From positions 1-64,000 of IMG/VR virus record IMGVR_UViG_2844225640_000006: a stretch of 64,000 nt of DNA; one strand, given 5' to 3'. Under the pieces are notes generated by a model. That model made no database searches and was not told where the DNA came from. It saw nothing but the letters and a program-made list of their open reading frames with translations. The stretch is from a virus. Lineage: Duplodnaviria; Caudoviricetes. Below, piece by piece: positions 38,642 through 47,124 of the stretch (its first letter is position 1; each line of letters begins with the position of its first letter). Both the position numbers and the translations under genes were made by a program.

Positions 38642-39055
38642 ATGAGTGTGCGCAATCTTCCATCGCCTGTTCGATTCCTCCTCATCCCGGTACTCGGCGA
38701 CATCAAAGAGGAACGGTTTACGGTTGCGCCCGCCACGGTGGTTCCCCGTGCCAAACTATTGGAGCATGTGCGGACGTTCTTCGACGAACCAATCGAGCGC
38801 GTGAACGTGCTCTATCGGGGCGAGTACCGCGATATGTTCGTCGGCGAGACGTCGGCCATCAACGGTCGCCACATCCGCAATATCCGGGCGACCGAAGTCT
38901 ACCGGGCAAATGCGCTGGAAAATCACTGGCGTCTCAATTCACCCGACCCGACAAAGGCGAAGCCTATCGATTTGTCGTGGACACTCGACCCTGAAATTCT
39001 ACCGGCCATCTCTGGTCCGGCGGTTCTGTTCCCAGATTATCAAGTGTGGGAATAA
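38642..39055 (+). CDS. Hypothetical protein
   Basis: TAAGGAG SD; ERV.VLY.G...DMFV.E, N.RAT..YR.N, I.GPAVLF. Confidence 0.7.
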   Translation: MSVRNLPSPVRFLLIPVLGDIKEERFTVAPATVVPRAKLLEHVRTFFDEPIERVNVLYRGEYRDMFVGETSAINGRHIRNIRATEVYRANALENHWRLNSPDPTKAKPIDLSWTLDPEILPAISGPAVLFPDYQVWE

Positions 39056-39072
39056 CCCCGAAAGGAAACCCC

Positions 39073-39252
39073 ATGTTCATCGTAGCGTGGTCCGTCAATC
39101 ACGGCGGCAACAACATCGAAGATCATTGGATCGTCGCTGAGACACAGAAACAGGCAGACGCCGAAGCTGCAAAGCTGCAAAAGATCGACAACCTGCACTG
39201 TTGGGCCGTCTCTGAAATCAAAGCAGGCTCCGAGCCTCACTGGCTCTCGTAA
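39073..39252 (+). CDS. Hypothetical protein
   Basis: AAGGA SD, 59 aa. Confidence 0.6.
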   Translation: MFIVAWSVNHGGNNIEDHWIVAETQKQADAEAAKLQKIDNLHCWAVSEIKAGSEPHWLS

Positions 39253-39294
39253 CTCTCAACATCCCGCCAAGCATGGCAAACACGGAGAACTTCT

Positions 39295-40296
39295 ATGAAC
39301 CTCAAGTCCGCAACGACTCTGCTCAACCACTTCATTGACGCCGACATTCCGGCATTCATGTGGGGCCCTCCCGGCGTCGGCAAGTCCGCTTCGCTGCATC
39401 AGATTGTGACCGAGCGTAAATGGGGAATGGTGGACTTCCGCGCTTCGACCCGTGACTCGGTGGCGTTGATGGGCCTGCCTGATATTTCCGGCGAGACCAC
39501 CCGCTGGAAAGTGCCGGACGAATTTCCGCAGGCCGAACGTGACGGCGAGGAAGGCATCCTGTTTCTCGACGAACTGAACGCCGCGCCACCTTCGATGATG
39601 GCGGCAATGTTTGGCCTGGTCCTTGACCGCAAGGTCGGCGACTACGTGCTGCCCAAGGGCTGGCGCGTAGTTGCGGCTGGCAATCGTCAGGCTGACCGTG
39701 CTGCGGCACAGCGTATGCCTACCGCTCTCGCTAACCGCTTCGCTCACATCGACGTCGATGCAGATACGAGCGCCGGACATGACAATGTCCACGTCGAATA
39801 CTTCAATCAGATCGGCGTTGATCCGCAGCTCATTGCCTTCCTTCGGTTCCGTCCGGCACTGATCCATTCGATGCCGAAGAATGATGAGCGTGCGTTCCCA
39901 ACGCCCCGTTCGTGGGAACAGGCGGCGAAGATCCTGAATCTTCCGACGGCACTCCGCCTGCAGGGTGTATCCGCTATCGTCGGTGAAGGCGCTGCGGCTG
40001 AACTGGAAGGATTCCTTCGTGTTTACCAGAACTTGCCTTCGCTAGATCTGGTACTCGCCAATCCGAACAGCGCGCCTATCCCGGAAGACCCGGCGGCTCG
40101 CTTTGCAATCTCCGCTGGCCTTGCCCGTAAGGTTGATGAGCGGTCTTTCGACAACGGCATGGCTTACATGCAGCGCTTGCCTCGTGAGTTCGAGATTATG
40201 ATGTGCGTCGATGCGGTGCGTCGTGAACCGAAGCTCAGCCATACGCAGACGTTCACTTCGTGGGCCATGAGAAACCAAGACGTCACTCTAGGCTGA
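39295..40296 (+). CDS. MoxR-like AAA+ ATPase
   Basis: GPPGVGKS, ILFLDELN, VAAGN, ALANRF, FPTPRSWE. Confidence 0.9.
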   Translation: MNLKSATTLLNHFIDADIPAFMWGPPGVGKSASLHQIVTERKWGMVDFRASTRDSVALMGLPDISGETTRWKVPDEFPQAERDGEEGILFLDELNAAPPSMMAAMFGLVLDRKVGDYVLPKGWRVVAAGNRQADRAAAQRMPTALANRFAHIDVDADTSAGHDNVHVEYFNQIGVDPQLIAFLRFRPALIHSMPKNDERAFPTPRSWEQAAKILNLPTALRLQGVSAIVGEGAAAELEGFLRVYQNLPSLDLVLANPNSAPIPEDPAARFAISAGLARKVDERSFDNGMAYMQRLPREFEIMMCVDAVRREPKLSHTQTFTSWAMRNQDVTLG

Positions 40297-40300
40297 TGCC

Positions 40301-40633
40301 ATGGCAGAAATCCGCGCCATCTTCGGCCCTTACAAGACGGAAGAACAGACCTCGCGCATCACTTGGTTCTTCTCCGGCGTCCGAGCGGACGGGGAGTTCA
40401 CGGCGTGGTCTCTCCGTTTTCAATTCGATACGCGGCGCTATACGTGCCGCGTCATCAAGAACAAGCAGGCAGCAAAGTATGCCGCGTCCATAAGTCATAA
40501 AGACTTGTTCAGCCTCCCCGAAGCAGCGCGGTCGGAAGTCAGTTGTGGCCGCGTGACGGACATGCTCAAGGCCAAGCTTTCACCAGAGCAAATCGCTCGG
40601 GCTACGGCGCTGGCTATACAATACAGGAGGTGA
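40301..40633 (+). CDS. Hypothetical protein, paralogue of next gene
   Basis: IRAIFGPY .. LKAKLSPEQIARATAL. Confidence 0.6.
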   Translation: MAEIRAIFGPYKTEEQTSRITWFFSGVRADGEFTAWSLRFQFDTRRYTCRVIKNKQAAKYAASISHKDLFSLPEAARSEVSCGRVTDMLKAKLSPEQIARATALAIQYRR

Positions 40634-41013
40634 TGATGGCCATCATTCGCAGGGTCTTCGGTCCCTTCCACCCTGAACACATCCATCCGGGCACGCAGGC
40701 TGAGGAGCTGCGATGGCATTTCATCGGCATCAAGGACGACAAGACGACAGCACACTGGACATTGGTCTTTGACCCTCGCAAGCGAACTTATCGGGTCAAC
40801 AACAATACCAGCAGCGGCGGCTTGATTGGCCGCAGCCGAAAGGCATTGATCGCCCAAAAGATAGATCCGGGTGTCAATTGTGAGACTGCTCACCCCGACG
40901 CCTGGCTCGACGACTCTCCAGTCATGGAGGGCACCATCACCAGCATCCTGAAATCGAAACTCTCACCAGAGGATATTGCCAGGGCGACCGCGCTGGTAAT
41001 CGCAAGGAGATGA
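40633..41013 (+). CDS. Hypothetical protein, paralogue of previous gene
   Basis: IRRVFGPF .. LKSKLSPEDIARATAL; AGGAGG SD. Confidence 0.65.
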   Translation: MMAIIRRVFGPFHPEHIHPGTQAEELRWHFIGIKDDKTTAHWTLVFDPRKRTYRVNNNTSSGGLIGRSRKALIAQKIDPGVNCETAHPDAWLDDSPVMEGTITSILKSKLSPEDIARATALVIARR

Positions 41014-41016
41014 ATC

Positions 41017-41310
41017 GTGCTGACTACCGACGTCATCATGAACAACTTCAGGAAGAGCGACCACGCTGACAATCGCTGGAGCTTTGCTCCGCTTCCCGAA
41101 ACCGTTCTCAACACGCACCTTTACTACCTTTCGTTCATCAAGCAGGAGCGGCGGTTCATGCTGTCTCGAAAGCAGATCGTGCCCTTCATCCCGATCGAAG
41201 ATGACGAACTCCTGCAGGCGTTCAAGGCGACACTGCATGCAGACGAAGTGGCTGCGTGCATGAGATCCACTCTCGATCAGGGCGTCGACCCGGATGACAT
41301 TCCATTCTGA
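41017..41310 (+). CDS. Hypothetical protein
   Basis: AAGGAG SD, GTG start; ends DDIPF, like an SSB acidic tail. Confidence 0.55.
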   Translation: MLTTDVIMNNFRKSDHADNRWSFAPLPETVLNTHLYYLSFIKQERRFMLSRKQIVPFIPIEDDELLQAFKATLHADEVAACMRSTLDQGVDPDDIPF

Positions 41311-41325
41311 TACACGGAGGCCAAC

Positions 41326-42483
41326 ATGAAAACCGAAGACAAGATCCTCGCCGCACAGACGTCGCTACTTTGGGACCAGCCATTCTTTGGCGTCCTCATG
41401 CTCCAGCTTAAAAAGGTGCGGGTGGATGACCCGAAGAAGGTCGATACGATGGCGACAGACGGCCGTCATCTCTTCTACCACCCGCCCTTCGTCGATGAGC
41501 TGAAGAAGGACGAGCTGGTTTTCGTGCTGGCCCATGAGGTCATGCACAACGCCCTGGAGCATCACATCCGACGCCAGTCCCGTAAGCCCGGCCGCTGGAA
41601 CGATGCCTGCGACTACGCCATTAACGGCGAGCTGGTCGAATGCAAGGTCGGCAAGATGCCAGAGCGCGGCCTGCTCGAGGCGCGCTTCACCGGTCTTTCA
41701 GCCGAGGAGATCTACCGTATCCTCGACGACGAGAACAACGGCGACGACTCCGCTGAAGGGCAGGGCGATACCGGTGGTTGCGGTGGAACGATGGATGGCT
41801 GCGCACAGCACGACGAGGCAGCCAAGGCCGAGCTGCGTGCCGAGATGCAAACGCAGATCAGGCAGGCTGCCATGACCGCCAAGGCTGCGCAGGCTGGTAA
41901 ACTTCCGGCTGGCGTGCAGCGTATCATCGACGAGCTGCTCATGCCGAAGGTCGACTGGCGGGCTGTTCTCCGCCGCTTCATCGACGAGTCCAGCACCCGT
42001 GATTTCTCATGGTCGAGGCCGAACCGTCGCCTGCTTCCGCTTGGTCTGGTTACTCCGGGCACAGTTTCGGATGGCGTCAGCCATATCGTGATCGCGGTTG
42101 ACACATCTGGCTCGATCGACGAGCCCACGCTCAATGCCTTTGCTGCCGAGGTGCGGGGAGCATTCGAGGAAGGCTCTGTCGACAAGATCGACGTGGTCTA
42201 CTGCGATGCAGCCATCAACCACACAGAGCAATTCGAAATGGGCGACGAGCTGTTCATCCGTGCGGTAGGCGGGGGCGGCACTCGCTTCTCGCCTGTCTTC
42301 GAATGGGTGACCGAGAAAGCAGCCGACACCAAGCTGGTGATCTACCTAACAGACTTGCTCTGCAATGACTTCGGCGACGAGCCGCACTGCCCGGTTATCT
42401 GGGCGCACTATGGAACGAAGAGCCAATTTCAGCAGCTCAGCCCCAACGTTCCGTGGGGTGAGTGCGTACACATCGAGCCTTAG
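41326..42483 (+). CDS. DUF2201-type metallopeptidase-vWA protein
   Basis: TMATDG, HEVMH (HExxH), WN.ACDYAIN, VDTSGS, GGGGT.F.PVF, YLTD. Confidence 0.9.
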   Translation: MKTEDKILAAQTSLLWDQPFFGVLMLQLKKVRVDDPKKVDTMATDGRHLFYHPPFVDELKKDELVFVLAHEVMHNALEHHIRRQSRKPGRWNDACDYAINGELVECKVGKMPERGLLEARFTGLSAEEIYRILDDENNGDDSAEGQGDTGGCGGTMDGCAQHDEAAKAELRAEMQTQIRQAAMTAKAAQAGKLPAGVQRIIDELLMPKVDWRAVLRRFIDESSTRDFSWSRPNRRLLPLGLVTPGTVSDGVSHIVIAVDTSGSIDEPTLNAFAAEVRGAFEEGSVDKIDVVYCDAAINHTEQFEMGDELFIRAVGGGGTRFSPVFEWVTEKAADTKLVIYLTDLLCNDFGDEPHCPVIWAHYGTKSQFQQLSPNVPWGECVHIEP

Positions 42484-42492
42484 GAGGAATAA

Positions 42493-43128
42493 TTGCCCAT
42501 CTTACTCGACCTGACTGGCCAGCAGTTTGGCCGGTTGATTGCTATAGCCAGAGATCCAACCGCACGCCCTACACGCTGGTCATGCAGATGTGAGTGCGGC
42601 AACACGAAAGTCGCTGCCACGAACGACCTCAGGCAGGGGAAAACGAAATCCTGCGGCTGCTTGAGAGTTGAAGTGACCGGGGGAAAGAACCGCACCCACG
42701 GTCTGCGACAGCACCCCCTCTACGATGTATGGCAAAGCATTAAAGACAGGTGCCTAAATCCTAACAATCCTCAGTTCAAAGATTATGGCGGGAGAGGAAT
42801 AAAAATCTGCGATGAATGGGCGCACGATGGCGCTGCGTTCATCGCATGGGCAGAAGCCAACGGCTACCGCGCCGGCCTCATCATCGATCGCGAGAATAAC
42901 AATTGGGGATACAGCCCCGAGAATTGCCGGTTCGTTACGCGGAAGACCAGCAACCGCAACAAGCGGAACACCAACTACATCGACACTCACCTCGGTCGCA
43001 TGATGCTGGCTGAAGCGGTCGAGATCTCCGGCTTGGGCAGGGACACCATCCGACGCCGCTTAAAGTTGGGATGGCCCGCATCAAAGATCCTTCAGCCCGC
43101 CCGAGCGATGAAGAAGAGCAGCAAATAA
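42493..43128 (+). CDS. HNH-like (homing) endonuclease
   Basis: DLTG..FGRL, W.C.CECG, SCGC, RC.NP....YGGRGI..C..W, IDR.NN...Y.P.NCR. Confidence 0.8.
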   Translation: MPILLDLTGQQFGRLIAIARDPTARPTRWSCRCECGNTKVAATNDLRQGKTKSCGCLRVEVTGGKNRTHGLRQHPLYDVWQSIKDRCLNPNNPQFKDYGGRGIKICDEWAHDGAAFIAWAEANGYRAGLIIDRENNNWGYSPENCRFVTRKTSNRNKRNTNYIDTHLGRMMLAEAVEISGLGRDTIRRRLKLGWPASKILQPARAMKKSSK

Positions 43129-43157
43129 CCCACCACCCGGCATGAAAGGATAATTCC

Positions 43158-43469
43158 GTGCCCCACACACAAGGACCGTGGGCGGTCGACGACTGCCCGC
43201 TCGACATCGAACATGCCTGCACCATGCTCAAGGTCGATGCCAATACGCCACGAGAATGGGTGGGTATCTGCACCCCTCGCGATGCGGACGGCAACTACGA
43301 GCACGTTGCTTACTGCCACATATCGAATGCTCCGGTGATCGCAGCCTCCACAGTGATGCTGGATCTCCTGCGCCGCAATCTCAATGCGTGGGAAGACGAA
43401 GAGGATTCCGTGCAGGAAGAGCACGAGGAACTGATCGTCGATCTGCGCCAGTTTCTGAAGGACAAGTGA
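43158..43469 (+). CDS. Hypothetical protein
   Basis: HT.GPW..NA..IAA..ML..L phage motif. Confidence 0.65.
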   Translation: MPHTQGPWAVDDCPLDIEHACTMLKVDANTPREWVGICTPRDADGNYEHVAYCHISNAPVIAASTVMLDLLRRNLNAWEDEEDSVQEEHEELIVDLRQFLKDK

Positions 43470-43470
43470 C

Positions 43471-43683
43471 ATGCCTAGCTATCTCGTCACATGGGAGATC
43501 GACATCGATGCCGAGACCGCACATGACGCGGCTCGGCAGGCACATGAGATCGTCCGCCGGCCGGATACATCGGCCAATGTCTACAAGGTCATCGAACATG
43601 ACAGTAGCAGCGAGACGGTAACGGTTGATCTTGAAGAGGACGCGCCTCCACCGCCTCCAGATTGGAACGTGCGTCATGGTTAG
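43471..43683 (+). CDS. Hypothetical protein
   Basis: YLVTWEIDIDAE...AAR.A. Confidence 0.65.
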   Translation: MPSYLVTWEIDIDAETAHDAARQAHEIVRRPDTSANVYKVIEHDSSSETVTVDLEEDAPPPPPDWNVRHG

Positions 43684-43730
43684 CCAGCACCTTCGAAACA
43701 CCACTCGCAATCATGCGAAAGGAAGAGAAC

Positions 43731-44315
43731 ATGACGACCAAGTTCCGCGATCAACAAAGCTTCAACCACCTCCAGATGGAGGCAGCTCTCTGTGCCTGGG
43801 AATGGATGCTGGAGAACAACACGCACGAGATATTCAACGGTATGTTCGATAGCCATGGCTACGGCGCGATGCGCCATTGCGCCATGCAGGCCGGCGACAT
43901 TGCCAACCTGGTTTACAAGCATATGGAAGTGCGGGGTTACGAGTTCGTCGACGCCTACGATTGGGAGTTCGTGCCGGGCGTGCTGCTCCGACTGGATTGG
44001 GAGAAGCTCTTCATGGACAACCAGTACAACGAAGAGCCTTACCAGCCTGACATTCACGCCATCTTCTGCGCCATGGTCTCCGCCGACTTGGCAGCTCACA
44101 CCGACCCGCAGCGCCGCAGCTTCCAGAAGAAAGAAGACACTGCAATCTGGATCACCAAGGCCCGTGCTGAAGCCGAGAAGCAATGGGGCTACAGCGATCT
44201 CGTCTCCGATCACCCGGAGAAGGTGACGGCTGCCATGGAGCGCGACGAAGATCCGGCCGAGTTCATCAAGTGGCTCGGCGAGAAATACAATCTCACTCCG
44301 GCGCCGGGGTTGTGA
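43731..44315 (+). CDS. Hypothetical protein
   Basis: ANYA hairpin and AAGGA SD upstream; 194 aa. Confidence 0.7.
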   Translation: MTTKFRDQQSFNHLQMEAALCAWEWMLENNTHEIFNGMFDSHGYGAMRHCAMQAGDIANLVYKHMEVRGYEFVDAYDWEFVPGVLLRLDWEKLFMDNQYNEEPYQPDIHAIFCAMVSADLAAHTDPQRRSFQKKEDTAIWITKARAEAEKQWGYSDLVSDHPEKVTAAMERDEDPAEFIKWLGEKYNLTPAPGL

Positions 44316-44318
44316 CGC

Positions 44319-44504
44319 ATGCAAGACTTCGTCGTCACAATGACCCTCGAACTCGTCGTTGAAGCCGACAACCCCGGCTCGGCTGTGTCCGATACGGTCA
44401 TCCGCCTGCAGAAATTGCTTGAAACTCACGACCCGCTGCTGTTGAGTTCTATGCTACGGGAGGCGGTTGCTTATACAGCTGCCAAATCTCCCTGTAGGAT
44501 TTAG
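44319..44504 (+). CDS. Hypothetical protein
   Basis: 61 aa ORF in the operon. Confidence 0.4.
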   Translation: MQDFVVTMTLELVVEADNPGSAVSDTVIRLQKLLETHDPLLLSSMLREAVAYTAAKSPCRI

Positions 44505-44522
44505 CGGGCAAGGGAGGCTCAA

Positions 44523-44729
44523 ATGGAAGAAGGCTTTTTCCATTCACCATTCAACATCATCGCTATTGGAATCATTCTCTTCTTCTATTTCATGCCGACG
44601 ATCTTTGCATTTCGCCACGGACGACCCGACTCGTGGGCTATATTGATTATCAATACAGCTTTCGGGTGGACGCTTATCGGTTGGATTGGCTCGATGTTCT
44701 GGTCGATGGCTCCTGTCCAACGGCAGTAA
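44523..44729 (+). CDS. Superinfection immunity protein (T4 Imm-like)
   Basis: YF.PT..A..........I..IN...GWT.IGW....WS; GGAGG SD. Confidence 0.88.
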   Translation: MEEGFFHSPFNIIAIGIILFFYFMPTIFAFRHGRPDSWAILIINTAFGWTLIGWIGSMFWSMAPVQRQ

Positions 44730-44824
44730 TGCACTCCTCATAAACACACCAAAGGCCGGGTCATTCGCCCGGCCTTTTCTTTTCTACCCCCTCGCAATCA
44801 TGCGACCCCACGGAGATCTATACC

Positions 44825-45985
44825 ATGAGCAATATCGACAACGTCACCGCCACTGTTTCGACTGCTTCTCTCAACTACTCGGTTTTCAGGAAGGCTATTG
44901 AGAACGCCTGCAAGATCGTCGAACGTCGCAACATCATCCCCGTTCTCGATACCGTCCTCATCAAGGCGACGACGAATGGCGTCTATGTTCTCGGCACTGA
45001 CCTCGACATCTGCACCACGACCTTTGTGCCGGGCAATGTATCCAAGGACTTCACCGCTCTGGTCGATGCTCACAAGCTCAAGGCCACAATGGATAAGGTG
45101 AAGGATGCTCCGGCCATCAACTTCGCCATGTCGCAGAAGAAGCTCACTGCCAACATCGGGAAGCTGAACCTGACATTGAAGCAGGATATTCCAGCCGAAG
45201 ATTTCCCTGAAAGCCACGCCTTCCGGGACCGGTTGAGTGAGTCAAACCATACGTTCACGCTGCCGTCAGCCACGCTGCTCAAAATCCTCAACAAGGTCCA
45301 GTTCGCTATCTCCACGGAAGAGACGCGGTACTATCTCAACGGCGTGTATATGCACGTCATCGAGAACTCGCACCACATCACCTTCGTCGCCACGGACGGC
45401 CACCGGCTGGCTCGATATGAGATGCCTGCGCCAGAAGGCGCAAACGGTATCCCCGCTGTCATCATCCCTCGCAAGACAATTGTTGAACTGATGCGGCTCC
45501 TCAAGCGCAAGGGCTGCCCGGAAGAAACGATGATCACGGTTTGCAAGACCGGCGTTCGGTTCACTGTCGGCGAGGACGAGACCGTGGACAGCAAGGTCAT
45601 CGACGGACAATTCCCGGATTACACCCGCGTCATCCCTATGAACAACGATCACCACGCCACGATCTATCCGGCTTCCTTCATTGACGGCGTCAAGCAGGCC
45701 AGCGCGGTTCTCCCTTCAAAGGGCGGCTCGGTCTCGGTCAACTTCCTGCGGGGGATAGCCTCTCTCACGTGTCGTGATGTCGACTTCGGTGAAGCATCCG
45801 TCGATGTCTCGATTGAGAACGAGCGGTCGCTGGAGATCGGATTCAACGCCCAATACCTGATCGACATCCTTTCGCACGTCGATGGTGAAGCGAAGTTCAT
45901 GCTCATGGGCGCTGGAGATCCGGTCGTCATCCGCAACTCGGACGATGATTACCTGACCTTCGTTCAGATGCCGACGCGCATCTAA
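44825..45985 (+). CDS. dnaN: Phage-encoded DNA polymerase III beta sliding clamp
   Basis: RNIIPVL, TDLD, FAISTEETRYYLNGVY, VATDGHRLA, SK.IDG.FPDY.RVIP, IGFNA.YL.D, MP.R. Confidence 0.9.
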   Translation: MSNIDNVTATVSTASLNYSVFRKAIENACKIVERRNIIPVLDTVLIKATTNGVYVLGTDLDICTTTFVPGNVSKDFTALVDAHKLKATMDKVKDAPAINFAMSQKKLTANIGKLNLTLKQDIPAEDFPESHAFRDRLSESNHTFTLPSATLLKILNKVQFAISTEETRYYLNGVYMHVIENSHHITFVATDGHRLARYEMPAPEGANGIPAVIIPRKTIVELMRLLKRKGCPEETMITVCKTGVRFTVGEDETVDSKVIDGQFPDYTRVIPMNNDHHATIYPASFIDGVKQASAVLPSKGGSVSVNFLRGIASLTCRDVDFGEASVDVSIENERSLEIGFNAQYLIDILSHVDGEAKFMLMGAGDPVVIRNSDDDYLTFVQMPTRI

Positions 45986-46077
45986 CCACCCTCCGTCACA
46001 CCTCAACACCCACTGCGATGGCGCTCCTCTCGGGGCGCCATATCGGGGCGTGTTGCCCTTTTTCAACGGAGAACAAT

Positions 46078-47043
46078 ATGAAAAAGTTTAGCATCATCTT
46101 CATCGCATCCCTCGCTCTTTCGACCTCGTCTGCCCTTGCTTCCGATGGCTGCACCGGCAGTGCCACGCTTATGAAGTGGCTTCAGGGTTGCCGCGATCTT
46201 CCGAGCAGCGTGCGGGTTATCGACCACTCCGGTGGCGACCGCACCCCAGGCGCTAAGAGCTCCTCGGGTGGTAACGGTGCAGCCAGTGGCGGAGAGTCCA
46301 GCGCCAATGCTGGCGGCAATTCCGGCGGAACCAGCGGCACTACCAACAACGGCAACTCCGGCGGCTCCAGCAATGCTGGCAACTCTGGCGGCGGCAGCAA
46401 CGGCGGTTCGAACTCCGGCAGCACTGGCGGCGGCAGCAACGGCGGTTCGAACTCCGGCAGCACTGGCGGCTCCACGGGTGGAAACACTGGCGGCTCCGGC
46501 AATTCCGGTGGCGATACTGGTGGTAACTCCGGCGGTGATACCGGTGGGAACAACGGTGGAAACACTGGCGGGGATACCGGCGGTAACACCGGAGGCGGCA
46601 GCGACAACGGCGGCGGCGACACCGGTGGCAATACCGGCGGAGGTGACAACGGCGGTGGCGGTGACACTGGCGGGAACAACGGCGGTGATAATGGCGGTGG
46701 CGACACTGGCGGCGGTGACACTGGCGGGAACAACGGTGGCGACAACGGAGGGGATAATGGTGGCGACACCGGCTCCGGCGGTAACAACGGCGGCCACAAT
46801 GGCGGAGACCACACCGGCAACGGCCCAGGTAATGGCAATGGCAACGGCGGCAACCACGGCAATGGTGGCGGAAACAACAACGGCTCCGGTCCAGGTTCGG
46901 GTAACGGCGGCCACAACAACGGCAATGGCAACGGTAACGGTAACGGCCATGGCAACAGTGGTGGCAATGGTCACGGCAATGGCGGTGGCGGCAATGGAAA
47001 CGGAGGCGGTAATGGCGGTGGCGGAAAGGGTGGCCGCCACTAA
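46078..47043 (+). CDS. Exported Gly/Asn-rich low-complexity protein
   Basis: Signal peptide MKKFSIIFIASLALSTSSALA, two Cys, then a long G/N/S/T/D repeat tract; 39-bp tandem duplication 46385-46462. Confidence 0.7.
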   Translation: MKKFSIIFIASLALSTSSALASDGCTGSATLMKWLQGCRDLPSSVRVIDHSGGDRTPGAKSSSGGNGAASGGESSANAGGNSGGTSGTTNNGNSGGSSNAGNSGGGSNGGSNSGSTGGGSNGGSNSGSTGGSTGGNTGGSGNSGGDTGGNSGGDTGGNNGGNTGGDTGGNTGGGSDNGGGDTGGNTGGGDNGGGGDTGGNNGGDNGGGDTGGGDTGGNNGGDNGGDNGGDTGSGGNNGGHNGGDHTGNGPGNGNGNGGNHGNGGGNNNGSGPGSGNGGHNNGNGNGNGNGHGNSGGNGHGNGGGGNGNGGGNGGGGKGGRH

Positions 47044-47124
47044 CCCATAATCCACACACAACAAGCGGGGCACTTCGGTGCCCCGTCCATCATCCCGCCA
47101 AACATGGCAACCACGGAGATTGAA

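Larger units (their letters stand above)
31864..47108 (+). promoter_or_regulatory. 13 dispersed ANYA-loop mini-hairpins upstream of ribosome-binding sites
   Basis: CA-ANYA-TG core in 3-5 bp stems at 31864, 32751, 33727, 34197, 34676, 34800, 35827, 37052, 38615, 39266, 43705, 44792, 47097. Confidence 0.8.

Noticed and set aside
42493-43128. HNH gene as the nuclease of the RAMP/array system, or as part of an intron
   Set aside because: It lies 4 kb away, belongs to a common free-standing phage family, and the flanking genes appear intact with no intron structure seen
46260-47040. GGC/GGT-rich tract as another GGY-NN array
   Set aside because: Period is 3 (Gly codons) inside an ORF with a signal peptide; no pentamer phase or GGCA punctuation
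31864-47108. ATG within each ANYA hairpin as a shared upstream start codon
   Set aside because: Frame relative to the downstream gene is inconsistent (in frame at 34204 and 47104, out of frame at 31871 and 34806), and the SD lies downstream of it
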